A stretch of DNA of 64,000 nt from Deltaproteobacteria bacterium. GTDB lineage: Bacteria; Myxococcota_A; Polyangia; Polyangiales; JADJMO01. Every line of letters starts with the position of its first letter. Within the stretch, counting starts at the first letter, position 1. The position numbers were made by a program, and so were the translations under genes. The notes below the pieces were generated by a model. It was not told where the DNA came from and searched no databases. It was given only the letters and a program-made list of their open reading frames with translations. Below are positions 21,153 through 30,459 of the stretch, in pieces. The stretch is taken from contig JALHOE010000007.1 of assembly GCA_022843175.1 (NCBI GenBank), positions 20,675-84,674 on the forward strand, read 5' to 3'.

Positions 21153-22232
21153 TTACTCGGCGATCAACGCCCCCGACTCCCGCTGGATCTCGATCTCGCG
21201 ACGCAGCAGCTCGTTGGGGATCGGCTCGTGGTAGTCGTCGTCGCCGAGGAGCTCGTCGGAGAGCGGATCGACGCCGTTGACGACGGGCTCGTACTTCGTT
21301 TCGCCCGGGCCCTTGATGAAGTCGCTGCCCGCGGTGAGGTCGACGTGGAAGTGATCGCGGTGCGCGGCGTTGTAGTTCGGCGTGAGGATGATGTTGAAGA
21401 TGTTGGCGCCGGCAGCGTCGCAGGCCCAGCCCTTGAGGAGCTTGTCGCCAGCCGTGGTGCGCGCCTGCGAGCACGTCGACGACGACGTGTTCTTCACGAA
21501 GTGGCTGTTGTTGGCGATGGAGTAGTAGACGCCGCCGGTGGTCTTGAACCCGGCGAGGTCGATCGCCATGCCGAGCGCGTGCTGCGAGAGCTTCGAGCTG
21601 CCGGCGATCGTGCGGTAGTTGTACGTGCCAATGTGGGTGAACTCGGCGACGCCCCAGGCCTTCATCTTGTCGGCGGCGGCGGCGAGCTTCACGAAGAAGG
21701 CGCAGTTGCCGAGGATCGGCGACGTCGACGACGACGCCACGTAGCGGAAGGCGACGCCGCGGATCGGCGACGACACGGTGACGGGGTCGGCGATCCCCTT
21801 CACGGCGCCGGAGTCCTTGAACGTCAGGCCGAGCGACCGCAGCTGGGCCTGGCAGTCCGAGCCCGAGCCGCCGGAGGCGGGCGGCGTCGAGGATGACGAC
21901 ACCGCGTCGAAGTAGGCGCCGTGGCTCCAGCCGGTGATGCCGGCGTACTTGACGTTGTACCAGCTGCCGTTCGGCGCCCCGCTCACCACGGTGACGCTCG
22001 AGCCGGCCGGGATGACCTTGAGGATCTTGTACCCGGTGCTCGCGCCGCTCCGCAGGTTGACGTTGTCGGTGGCCTTGAGCTGCGAGCCGACGGCCTTGTT
22101 GCCGACGACGCTCTCGCCCTCGCGGTCGACCTCGTCCTCGTTGGCGCCGACCAGCTCGTCCTCTTCACCGACGGCCTGAGTGCATGCAACAGAGGAGACC
22201 GCGAGGAGCGCGAGGAGAGCGAGGTGCCGCAT
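21153..22232 (-). CDS. Secreted SH3b-domain protein with extensin-like / LAS-type metallopeptidase C-terminal domain
   Basis: Signal MRHLALLALLAVSSVAC. SH3b-like LKATDNVNLRSGASTGYKILKVIPAGSSVTVV...WYNVKYAGITGW. HALGMAIDLAGF and NAAHRDHFHVDL (LAS His/Asp metal ligands). Confidence 0.7.
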   Translation of the reverse strand: MRHLALLALLAVSSVACTQAVGEEDELVGANEDEVDREGESVVGNKAVGSQLKATDNVNLRSGASTGYKILKVIPAGSSVTVVSGAPNGSWYNVKYAGITGWSHGAYFDAVSSSSTPPASGGSGSDCQAQLRSLGLTFKDSGAVKGIADPVTVSSPIRGVAFRYVASSSTSPILGNCAFFVKLAAAADKMKAWGVAEFTHIGTYNYRTIAGSSKLSQHALGMAIDLAGFKTTGGVYYSIANNSHFVKNTSSSTCSQARTTAGDKLLKGWACDAAGANIFNIILTPNYNAAHRDHFHVDLTAGSDFIKGPGETKYEPVVNGVDPLSDELLGDDDYHEPIPNELLRREIEIQRESGALIAE

Positions 22233-22384
22233 TTGCCGTCGCTCTCAGCGAGGGCTGTGCCACCCAGCAGTGGGGGCATTTCACCGCTATTTTCTCGGGT
22301 GAAACGCTCACCTGCAGAAGACGCCGGTCACGCGTGGCATACACGCGACATGTAGTTTTCAGCGGTGTAATTTTGCAGCGTCCG

Positions 22385-25375
22385 ATGCGCTTGGAACGCA
22401 CGAAGCCCACCACGGCGCGCATTCGCACGTTGCTGCGCGCGCACGTCGACTGGCTGCGCGGGGTTCCGCTCTCGGTCGAGGACGGGTCGATCTCGTGGCT
22501 GGTCCTGCCGCGGACCGAGCGCGAGACCGCCCGAACGATTCGGGTCGACGGCACGACCATCAGCGAGACCACGCGTTGTCTGCGCGAGCTGCTCCGCGAA
22601 CCAGACGCCCTCGCGCGCGTCGTCGGCGACGTGGCGGGCTTTCGCGATCGCGTCCTCTCGGCGCTCGCGCGCTTGAAGCCGTCGGTGCATCGCGGCTCGG
22701 ACGTTGTCATCGACGATCTGCTCAACGCGCTCCCTTCCGGTGTCGCGCAACGGGCGCGGGACACGCTCGTCCGACATCGCGCGCTCGCGGAGATGGTGCT
22801 CTTCGCGTACGCGCTCGAACCCTCCGAGGTGCGCGGCGCACTCGGCGCGATCGACGAACACGCGGACCTGCTCGAGTGGCTGCTCGCGCGCGGCGATCGA
22901 CTCGGCTGCTTCGCGGTCATTCGGATCGCGGCAAAAGACGGTCCCCGCGCGAAGGTGCTGTTGGAGCTCGCTCGCGAGATCGTCGAGACCGGCGCGCCGC
23001 TCTGCGATCGCGAGCAGTTCGTCGAGCGGTTTCCGGTCTCGCCGGCACCGAGCGCGTCGATGCTGACCGTGCGCCCTCGCCCCGAGGCGATACCGCCCCG
23101 GCTCGACGCGTTGCCCCGGCTGTTCACGTGGCTCGGTCCGCGCGACGCCACCACGCGCCGCGCCGCACTCGCGATCGTCACTGAAAGCGCGCCGCGCGGA
23201 ATCCTCCGCCGCTGGGCCGACGCGCACGCGGCGTTCGCGGCGCTCGACGAGCGCCTTCGCAAGCGGAAGGAGTGGGCGTCGGACGCAGAGCCCGTCGGCG
23301 AGCTGCGGCGCCTCCGCGAACAGCTGCCTCCGTCGTTCGATCTCGCGAAATACCTCGACGCCGTGTGCGCGCTCGCCGAGACCCCCTTCGCGAGCGCGTT
23401 CGTGAAGACGCTCGCGGTCGTGCCGGAGAACGCGCGGACACGCTACACGCAGTACTGGGCGGAGCTCTCGCGCTGGCTCGACGAACGCGATCGCGCGTCG
23501 GTTCCCGAGTATCTGGCCGCCTTCCGCCGTTACGTGGGCGGCGCCGACGAAGCACACCTCGCACCATGGAGGGTGCTGCTCTTCGAGCCCGAGAAGCCGA
23601 TACGGCGATGGAACGCGCCCGATGACGATCTGATCGCATCGATCCACGGCAAGGACGGGTTTCGGCGGTTCTTCGCCGCGCTCGCGGCCATGAAATCACC
23701 GAGCGCGAGCCCGCTCGACGACCTGATCGAGCTCGGCATGGCGCCGATCGTCGCCGCCGAGCGCGCCGACGCGATGGCCTCGCTCCCCGAACCCATTCAT
23801 CCCGGGAAACGGGCACTGCAGCTCGCGCACGAGCTCGCGCCGCAGTCTGCCGCGGAGTTCGTCGCGATCGCATCGGCGCTCGCGACCGAGGGCGGACGTT
23901 CGTTGATCCAATCGTGGGCGAGGCTCGGTCGCCTCGATGAGGCGGCGATCGCCGTACTTCGCCGAACGTTCGCGAAGACCCCCCACACCATCGTTCGCGC
24001 CGGCCACTTCCTGGCGATCGCACGCGATGTTCCCCCGCTCGTGCCGACGCATCACCGAGGCGTTCCCGCGTGGGTGAAACGCTATCCGCGAGAGCTCCAC
24101 CAGGCGCTCGCGCGACTGTCGGAGGAGAACGCAGCCAAGATCCTGAAGACCGACTTCCCGTCGGACGCTTCGCTCTCCGCGCAGATCGACGCGCTCGAAT
24201 CGCGCGGACCGAGCTCGCGTGGCCGCGCACGAATCGCCACGCTGCGGAGCCGTCTCGGCGCCGAGCGGACGCTCAGCGAGCAACGCCTCGAGAACCTCGC
24301 GGTGAAGCTCGAGCGCGCCGCCGATCGAACCATGTGGGATGACTGGCTCGCCCGAGTGCGCGACGCCGCGTCGCACACGATCGCGCGGCTGCTCCAGGTC
24401 GACAGCTGTCCGACGTGGGCGCTCGAGGATCAGAACGTCGCGGCGATCGCGGCGGCCCTCGACCTCGAACCACAGCATCGCGATCTCGCGCTGCGCCTGT
24501 TTCGCCTGCGCGCCGGCCCGCCCCGCTGGGATCTGCGCGACGCCCCCGAGAACGTCGCCTTCCTTCGCGAGCTCCGCGCGCGCGGCATCGATCCCTCGCC
24601 GTGGGTCGACGGAATCGGCGTGGTGCACACCGAGGGCGTATCCCTCGCACTCGAGGACGATCCGCTCGAGATCTTCCAGATGGGCGAGCGCTTCGGCACG
24701 TGTCTGAGCATCGGCGCCGGGAACTACTTCTCGGTGTTCGCGAACGCCGCCGACATCGACAAACGCGTGCTCTACGCGCGCGACGCGCACGGAAGGCCGC
24801 TCGGCCGTTGTCTGCTCGCGATCTCCGAGGACGGCCACATCCTGACCTTCCACGCGTACGCACACGAGGCCCCGGACCACTTCGGCCGGTTGTTCGCCGA
24901 CTTCGCCAAGACGCTCGCGGAGAAGATGGGCGCCATCTGCGCGCCGCGCGGTCGCGTGCGCGCGCGTGTCGCGAAGGATTGGTACGACGACGGCCCGCAC
25001 GATCTCGCCGTGCAGTTCCCCTTCCTCGAGGACCCCTCGTCCTCGTTCCGACTCGCGCTGAGCAAGGTCAGCGAAGACGATGTCATCGAGCTCGCGCGCA
25101 CGGCCCTCGCCCCACGACCGCTCGACGGACTCACCATCCCGCTGGTGCTCGCGCTCGACGAGCTGAGGCGTCGGCCGGTGCTCGCGCTGCCGCTGCTGCG
25201 GCTCCTCGTCGAGCAGCGCGCTCCGTTCTCGAGCTCGCTGCGGGTGCTCGCCGCCGACCTCGCGCATCGCGCCGGCGATCTCGAGCGCGCACGCGTCCTC
25301 GGCGGCGCCGCGGTGATCGCAGAGATCGAGGACGGGTTCCGCGGCGATCCGGACCACATCAACGAACGGTGCTAG
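22385..25375 (+). CDS. Large orphan protein (about 996 aa), helical-repeat-like, unknown function
   Basis: ATG at 22385 (MRLERTKPTTARIRTLL). Balanced composition with W/F/K/E, unlike the antisense ORFs. Upstream part of listed ORF 22184 overlaps the divergent gene and looks non-coding. No signal peptide. Confidence 0.6.
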   Translation: MRLERTKPTTARIRTLLRAHVDWLRGVPLSVEDGSISWLVLPRTERETARTIRVDGTTISETTRCLRELLREPDALARVVGDVAGFRDRVLSALARLKPSVHRGSDVVIDDLLNALPSGVAQRARDTLVRHRALAEMVLFAYALEPSEVRGALGAIDEHADLLEWLLARGDRLGCFAVIRIAAKDGPRAKVLLELAREIVETGAPLCDREQFVERFPVSPAPSASMLTVRPRPEAIPPRLDALPRLFTWLGPRDATTRRAALAIVTESAPRGILRRWADAHAAFAALDERLRKRKEWASDAEPVGELRRLREQLPPSFDLAKYLDAVCALAETPFASAFVKTLAVVPENARTRYTQYWAELSRWLDERDRASVPEYLAAFRRYVGGADEAHLAPWRVLLFEPEKPIRRWNAPDDDLIASIHGKDGFRRFFAALAAMKSPSASPLDDLIELGMAPIVAAERADAMASLPEPIHPGKRALQLAHELAPQSAAEFVAIASALATEGGRSLIQSWARLGRLDEAAIAVLRRTFAKTPHTIVRAGHFLAIARDVPPLVPTHHRGVPAWVKRYPRELHQALARLSEENAAKILKTDFPSDASLSAQIDALESRGPSSRGRARIATLRSRLGAERTLSEQRLENLAVKLERAADRTMWDDWLARVRDAASHTIARLLQVDSCPTWALEDQNVAAIAAALDLEPQHRDLALRLFRLRAGPPRWDLRDAPENVAFLRELRARGIDPSPWVDGIGVVHTEGVSLALEDDPLEIFQMGERFGTCLSIGAGNYFSVFANAADIDKRVLYARDAHGRPLGRCLLAISEDGHILTFHAYAHEAPDHFGRLFADFAKTLAEKMGAICAPRGRVRARVAKDWYDDGPHDLAVQFPFLEDPSSSFRLALSKVSEDDVIELARTALAPRPLDGLTIPLVLALDELRRRPVLALPLLRLLVEQRAPFSSSLRVLAADLAHRAGDLERARVLGGAAVIAEIEDGFRGDPDHINERC

Positions 25376-25405
25376 ATGCAATGCCGTTCGGATAGGAGGA
25401 CCGGT

Positions 25406-25573
25406 CGCCAGGGAGAAGAGCCTCACGCCAAGGCCGCCCGAGATTCATATGGGGCGCAGCCCATGGGTGCGCATCGACGGGTGCGCTGCACTCTGCGGCA
25501 ACGACGTCTCGGTGAGCATCGGCAGACGACTTCGCTCGCGGGCGTTCTTGGCGTGAGGCTCTTCTCCCTGGCG
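25406..25573. repeat. Perfect 27-bp inverted repeat separated by 114 bp (MITE-like element or long RNA hairpin)
   Basis: CGCCAGGGAGAAGAGCCTCACGCCAAG at 25406-25432 is the exact reverse complement of 25547-25573. A second outer imperfect pair, GCAATGCCGTTCGG / CCGAACAGCATTGG, flanks it. Confidence 0.9.
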
Positions 25574-25615
25574 CCCGGTTTGTCGCTGCGCGGCGTTAAC
25601 CGAACAGCATTGGCT

Positions 25616-27370
25616 CTAGATGTGGATGTACACGATCGTTCCCTTGCCGGTCTCCGTCGCGGCGGTCACGCCGTGCCAGCCCTGGGGGATCGGCGGGTCG
25701 CTCCAGAGGAACACCTTGCGCGCGTCGATCGGCGAGAGGTTCACGCAGCCGTGTGAGCGCGCGGTGCCGTAGACGTCGTGCCAGTAGGCCGCGTGGAGCG
25801 CGTAGCCGGCTTCGAAGTATTGAACCCACGGCACGTCGCGGAGCTCGAACTTGTTGCCGACCTCGTTGGCGTCCATCGTCGCGGTCACGTGCTTCTCGCG
25901 GATGCGGAACGTGCCGCGCGGGGTCGACTTGGTCGTCTTCGGATCGCCCATGCCGTCCTGCCCCGTCGAGATCAGGGTGACGAAGACCGGCTTGTCGCCC
26001 TCATAGAGGGTGAGCGTCTGCTTGACGATCGAGATGTCGATCCACTTCTGGTTGCCCTTGGCGAAGGCTGCGGGCCACTCGTCGGGTTTGCGCGCGATGA
26101 TGATGTCCTGCTTGCGCAGCCACTTGCCGTCCTTCGTCTCGAAGTAGCGCGTGTCGCCGATGGTCTTGTCCTTGCCGCTCAGCCCCACGGCCTGGCGGAA
26201 GAACATCGAGCCGTCCTCGGTGGCCTTGCCCTCGCCGATGCCCTTGTAGACCTTGATCGGCTTGCGCTGCTTGGCGTCCTTCTTGGCCTCGGCGGGATAC
26301 GCGAAGGCGACCGGGAGCGTCAGCTGGTCGTTGAGCGCGAAGCCGTGCCACGGCGAGCCGACGTTGGGCTTGAGCTTGCTGATCGGGACGAGGCGGAGGT
26401 CGGTCGTGATCGCGAACTTGCGGTCCATCGACTCGGGCCCCGTCTCGAGCGCCTCGATCAACGCGAGGCCGGTGTGCCGCTTGACCCGGCCCGCGATCAC
26501 CGCGCCCTTGGGCGCGACGAACGTGGAGAGGTGCGGCACCGAGCGCTCGGGACCGGTGAGCCACCACGGCGCCTTGTCGTGCGCGCTGTCGGCGCCGAAC
26601 AGCTCGAGCACCGAGAGCGCGTTGGAGGGCGCGGCCTCTTCGCCGCCCTCCTCGGCCTCGTCGTCGTCGTCCTTCTTGTGCTTCTGCGGACCGGAGTCGT
26701 GGCTGATCTGCACCTTGGGCAGCGGCAGCTCTCGCTCGGCCTCGGGGACCTCGTTGGCGCCCGGCCATACCGCGTTGATCTCGCCCTCGTGCTTCTCGTA
26801 GTAGGCGAGGTGCGGGAGCAGCTTGAACTCGTATTGCAGCTGCTCGGCCTTGGTCGGCACCTTGAGGTACTGCGGCGCCACGGCGCGGATAAAGCCGTAG
26901 CGGTAGGGCATCGGCTTGGTGATGTCGGGGCGGCGATGGCTCGTCGCCTTCATGATCGGGTGCTCGAGGTCGAGCGTCGCGCCCTCGCCGATGCACACGA
27001 AGCCCGCGGGCTTGACGCCGTACCAGCCGCCGGGGCAACCGCTCGTGCCCGTGGGTTTGTCGGCGCGGGCGACGACGCCGCCAGCGCGGAGGTAGCCGAG
27101 CTTGGCCGAGCCCCACTTGGGCTCGGCGTAGATCCAGGTGTGCATCTGGATGCTCGCGAGGACCGGCCCCTGCGGCATCGCGGACGCGAGGGAGGGCGCG
27201 GCGCCCGTGAACGAGCTCACCGCCGAGTCCATGGCTGAGCCGGACGCGGACGCGGCCGTAGCGGCGGCCGGCGCGCGCTTGCACGCGACCGGGAGCGCGC
27301 TCACGAGGAGCGGCGCCACGGCGAGCACGAGGGCGATCAGAGGGCGACGCATTCGGGTGCGGATCTGCAT
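25616..27370 (-). CDS. L,D-transpeptidase (YkuD) family protein
   Basis: ATG at 27370 follows GAGGAT. Signal MQIRTRMRRPLIALVLAVAPLLVSALPVAC. C-terminal catalytic domain LHAAYWHDVYGTARSHGCVNLSPIDA. Confidence 0.85.
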   Translation of the reverse strand: MQIRTRMRRPLIALVLAVAPLLVSALPVACKRAPAAATAASASGSAMDSAVSSFTGAAPSLASAMPQGPVLASIQMHTWIYAEPKWGSAKLGYLRAGGVVARADKPTGTSGCPGGWYGVKPAGFVCIGEGATLDLEHPIMKATSHRRPDITKPMPYRYGFIRAVAPQYLKVPTKAEQLQYEFKLLPHLAYYEKHEGEINAVWPGANEVPEAERELPLPKVQISHDSGPQKHKKDDDDEAEEGGEEAAPSNALSVLELFGADSAHDKAPWWLTGPERSVPHLSTFVAPKGAVIAGRVKRHTGLALIEALETGPESMDRKFAITTDLRLVPISKLKPNVGSPWHGFALNDQLTLPVAFAYPAEAKKDAKQRKPIKVYKGIGEGKATEDGSMFFRQAVGLSGKDKTIGDTRYFETKDGKWLRKQDIIIARKPDEWPAAFAKGNQKWIDISIVKQTLTLYEGDKPVFVTLISTGQDGMGDPKTTKSTPRGTFRIREKHVTATMDANEVGNKFELRDVPWVQYFEAGYALHAAYWHDVYGTARSHGCVNLSPIDARKVFLWSDPPIPQGWHGVTAATETGKGTIVYIHI

Positions 27371-27455
27371 CGAATATCCTCGGGACGCAAAGCGTCTCTC
27401 CGCAGGAGGGCGGCTCCGCTCGCACGCTTTTCGTCGCGATTTGCAGCCGTCCGGT

Positions 27456-29231
27456 ATGATGCAACGCTCCATGGACGCTTACCCTTCCGTCGGCTCGTTC
27501 GTAGCGGGCCGGTACCGCATCGATGCCCTGCTGGGCGAGGGCGGCATGGGCGCGGTCTTCCGCGCGACCGACGCGCAGGGCAACGCGTTCGCGCTCAAGT
27601 TCCCCGCGCCCGAGATCCGCTCGCGGCCCGGCATGATGAGCCGCTTCGCCAACGAGGCGGTCGCGGCCTCGCGCATCGCGAGCGAGCACGCGGTGAAAAT
27701 CTTCGGCGTCGAGGCCACCGAGGCCGGCGTGCCGTTCATCGTGATGGAGCTGCTCGAGGGCGGCGACCTCGATCAGATCATCGAGAACCAAGCGCCCATC
27801 GACATCCCGCGCGCCGTCCACTTCGCGCTGCAGATCCTCCGCGCGCTCCAGGTGGCGCACGCAGCCGGCGTGGTCCACCGCGACATGAAGCCGGCCAACT
27901 GCTTCGTCATCAACCACGCCGGCGAGGCCGACTTCCTCAAGCTGATCGACTTCGGCATCACCAAGCTCCTGGGCGACGACACCAACCAGACCCGCACCTC
28001 GGTGACGATGGGCACGCCGGCCTATATGTCGCCCGAGCAGGCCAAGAGCGCGAAGGCCGCCGAACCGCGCAGCGATCTCTACTCGGTCGGCGTCATCCTC
28101 TACGAGCTGCTCACCAAGAAGCGCCCCTACGACGGCGACTCGCACAACGAGCTGGTGGTGAAGATCTGCACCGAGCCGCCGCTGCCGATCCGGCAGGCGC
28201 GGCCCGACCTCTCGAACGACATCGCGAAGGTCGTCGAGCGCGCGCTCGTGAAGATCCCCGCAGGGCGCTTCGAGAACGCGCAGGAGTTCGCCCGCGCGCT
28301 CGCGCCGTTCGCCGACGCACGCTCGACCGCCGTGCTCCAGCGCATCGAGGCGGGTGTGCAGCCGAACGCCCTCGCGGCCGCGCTCGCGCCCACCAATCCG
28401 GTCACGCCGCCGACCGGCCCCGCGCCCGTCGCCATCAAGACCGCGATCATGGAGCCCGACGCGTTCGTCCCCGAGGTGCCCGCGGCGGCGGCTCCGGCGC
28501 GCGAGGGCGGCGGCAAGACGATGCTCGCCGACGCGCCGCTCCAGTTCTCTCCCGAGCCCGCGCCGGCGCCCGCGGCGCCAGTGCCGTACGTGTCGGGGCT
28601 CCCCGCGTCGGGCGCGCCCGCGGTCGTGCCGGCGTCGATCGAGTACGACGAGCCGCGCGGCGGCGGCAACACCGCGCTGTTCGCCATCCTCGGCGTCCTC
28701 GCCGTCGCGTTGGTCGTCGGCGGCCTCTACTACGGCGGCGTGTTCAGCAGCGGCGGCTCGTCCTCCCAACCCACCGCTTCGCCCTCCGTGGCCGACGACG
28801 AAGAAGAGGTCGAGGAAGACGACGGCCACGGCGGCAAGGTCAAGACGAAGAAGAAGAAGAAGCCGCCGGAGGATCCAGCCGCGCCCCCGGCCCCGACGCC
28901 GGACGATCCCACGCCGGCCAAGCCGACGCCGGCCGCGCCGGCGAAGACCACCCCCAAGCCGACCGACGGAGGGACGGTCGTCGTCGTCGACGCCGGCAAG
29001 CCGACCCCGTCGACCACCACCACGACCACCGCGCCGACGATCATTCTTCCGCCGGGTTGGCCGTATCCGAGCACCACCACCGCGCCGCCCGCCACCACCA
29101 CCGCGCCGCCCGCCACCACCACCGCGCCACCCGCCACCACCACCGCGCCACCCGCGACCACCGTCGCGCCGCCCGCGAGCACGGTGCCCCCGGTCTTCTT
29201 CCCGAAGAAGCCGAAGATCGGCGGCTCGTGA
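27456..29231 (+). CDS. Hanks-type Ser/Thr protein kinase, single TM, Pro/Thr-rich extracytoplasmic tail
   Basis: GEGGMGAVFRA, FALK, HRDMKPANC, DFGITK, GTPAYMSPEQ. TM ALFAILGVLAVALVVGGLYYGGVF. Tail has a KKKKK stretch and TTTAPPA repeats. Confidence 0.9.
   Translation: MMQRSMDAYPSVGSFVAGRYRIDALLGEGGMGAVFRATDAQGNAFALKFPAPEIRSRPGMMSRFANEAVAASRIASEHAVKIFGVEATEAGVPFIVMELLEGGDLDQIIENQAPIDIPRAVHFALQILRALQVAHAAGVVHRDMKPANCFVINHAGEADFLKLIDFGITKLLGDDTNQTRTSVTMGTPAYMSPEQAKSAKAAEPRSDLYSVGVILYELLTKKRPYDGDSHNELVVKICTEPPLPIRQARPDLSNDIAKVVERALVKIPAGRFENAQEFARALAPFADARSTAVLQRIEAGVQPNALAAALAPTNPVTPPTGPAPVAIKTAIMEPDAFVPEVPAAAAPAREGGGKTMLADAPLQFSPEPAPAPAAPVPYVSGLPASGAPAVVPASIEYDEPRGGGNTALFAILGVLAVALVVGGLYYGGVFSSGGSSSQPTASPSVADDEEEVEEDDGHGGKVKTKKKKKPPEDPAAPPAPTPDDPTPAKPTPAAPAKTTPKPTDGGTVVVVDAGKPTPSTTTTTTAPTIILPPGWPYPSTTTAPPATTTAPPATTTAPPATTTAPPATTVAPPASTVPPVFFPKKPKIGGS
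29073..29177. repeat. 21-bp tandem repeat x5 (ACCACCACCGCGCCGCCCGCC), encoding (TTTAPPA)n in the kinase tail
   Basis: Read directly. The last two units are diverged. Confidence 0.9.
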
Positions 29232-29881
29232 GCACCGAAAAAGCCGAGACGTCGGGCACGACCTCTCCGTTCGACGTGCTCGTCGCGGAGTTCCTCGCCG
29301 CCGCGGCCAGCGACGAGAGCATGCCGCCCCCCGCGCTCGCCGAGATCGCGTTCGCCGGCCGATCGAACGTCGGCAAGTCGAGCATGATGAACGCGGTGAT
29401 GCAGCGGAAGGGCCTGGTGCGCACCTCGTCGACGCCCGGCTGTACCCGCAGCGTGAACATCTTCCACGCGGCCACGCGCGGCGGCCTCGATCTCCATCTC
29501 GTCGACCTCCCCGGCTACGGCTTCGCCAAGCGCAGCAAGAAGGAGCGGCTCGATTGGGGGCCTCTGCTCGAGGGCTACCTCCGCCGCCGGCCCACGCTGC
29601 GCGCGGTGATGGTGCTCATCGACGTCCGCCGCGGGCTCGAGAGCGAGGACGAGCAGCTGCTCGAGTTCTGCGAGCAGCCGCGCCCCGGCAACGCGCCGCT
29701 CGCCACGTACGTCGTCGCAACCAAGTGCGATCTCCTGCCCAAGGCGAAGCGCAAGCCCACGCTCGCGGCGATCGCCGCCGCGTGCGGCCGCCGCGTGATC
29801 GGGTTCTCGGCCGAGAGCCACGATGGACGGCTCGAGGTGTGGAAGGCGATCGATCGCGTGGTGCGAGGGTCCGAGGAGTGA
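29228..29881 (+). CDS. engB: Ribosome-biogenesis GTPase EngB/YihA/YsxC
   Basis: GTG at 29228 overlaps the kinase stop. G1 GRSNVGKSS, DLPGYGF, G4 ATKCDLL. Confidence 0.85.
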   Translation: MSTEKAETSGTTSPFDVLVAEFLAAAASDESMPPPALAEIAFAGRSNVGKSSMMNAVMQRKGLVRTSSTPGCTRSVNIFHAATRGGLDLHLVDLPGYGFAKRSKKERLDWGPLLEGYLRRRPTLRAVMVLIDVRRGLESEDEQLLEFCEQPRPGNAPLATYVVATKCDLLPKAKRKPTLAAIAAACGRRVIGFSAESHDGRLEVWKAIDRVVRGSEE

Positions 29882-30459
29882 AGGTCGCCACGCGGCTGAT
29901 CCTGCTCGCAGGAGCGGCGGCCGTGATCGCGCTCTTGCTTCGCGACGCGCTCGCCACCCGGATCGCCCGCACGCTCGTCGAGCCCGCGCGCGCGCTCGCG
30001 GCGCTCACGCCGTCCGCGCGCGCCGTGGCGCCGGCGCCGTCACCGACGATCCTGCCATTACTGCCAACACCGTCCGCGCCCGTCGTTCCGCCCCCGCCCG
30101 CGAAGCCGCTGGCGAAGCCGGCCGCGCCCAAGCCGAGCGCCTCGGTGAAGGCGCACGTCGTGACCCGGAAGGAGGTCGAGGACGCGATCGCGAACCGTCT
30201 CTCGGGCGCGAACGCGGTGCTGGTCAAGGGCGCCGACGGCAAGCCGCTCGGCCTGCGCCTCTCCGGGGTCTCGCGCCTCGCGCCGTTCGGGGTGCAGGAA
30301 GGAGACATCCTCGTCTCGGCGAACGGCCTGCCGCTCCGCACCGCCGACGAGGCCATCGCGGCGCTCGGCGCGCTCAAGGACGAGAAGCACGTGGTGTTCA
30401 GCCTGCGGCGCGGCGACATCGCGTACTCGGTGCCGCTCGATCTCGCCGAGTCACGATAG
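29878..30459 (+). CDS. Membrane-anchored PDZ-like domain protein (GspC-like)
   Basis: GTG at 29878 overlaps the engB stop (GTGA). N-terminal TM RLILLAGAAAVIALLL, Pro-rich linker, then KGADGKPLGLRLSGV...GVQEGDILVSANGLPL. Confidence 0.6.
   Translation: MKVATRLILLAGAAAVIALLLRDALATRIARTLVEPARALAALTPSARAVAPAPSPTILPLLPTPSAPVVPPPPAKPLAKPAAPKPSASVKAHVVTRKEVEDAIANRLSGANAVLVKGADGKPLGLRLSGVSRLAPFGVQEGDILVSANGLPLRTADEAIAALGALKDEKHVVFSLRRGDIAYSVPLDLAESR

Noticed and set aside
25376-25756. 126-aa plus-strand ORF in the convergent gap
   Set aside because: It runs straight through both arms of the 27-bp inverted repeat and into the L,D-transpeptidase 3' end. It is Arg-rich and has no ribosome-binding site.
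26001-28829. 942-aa minus-strand ORF
   Set aside because: It spans the divergent L,D-transpeptidase and kinase genes in the wrong frames and crosses their shared promoter region.
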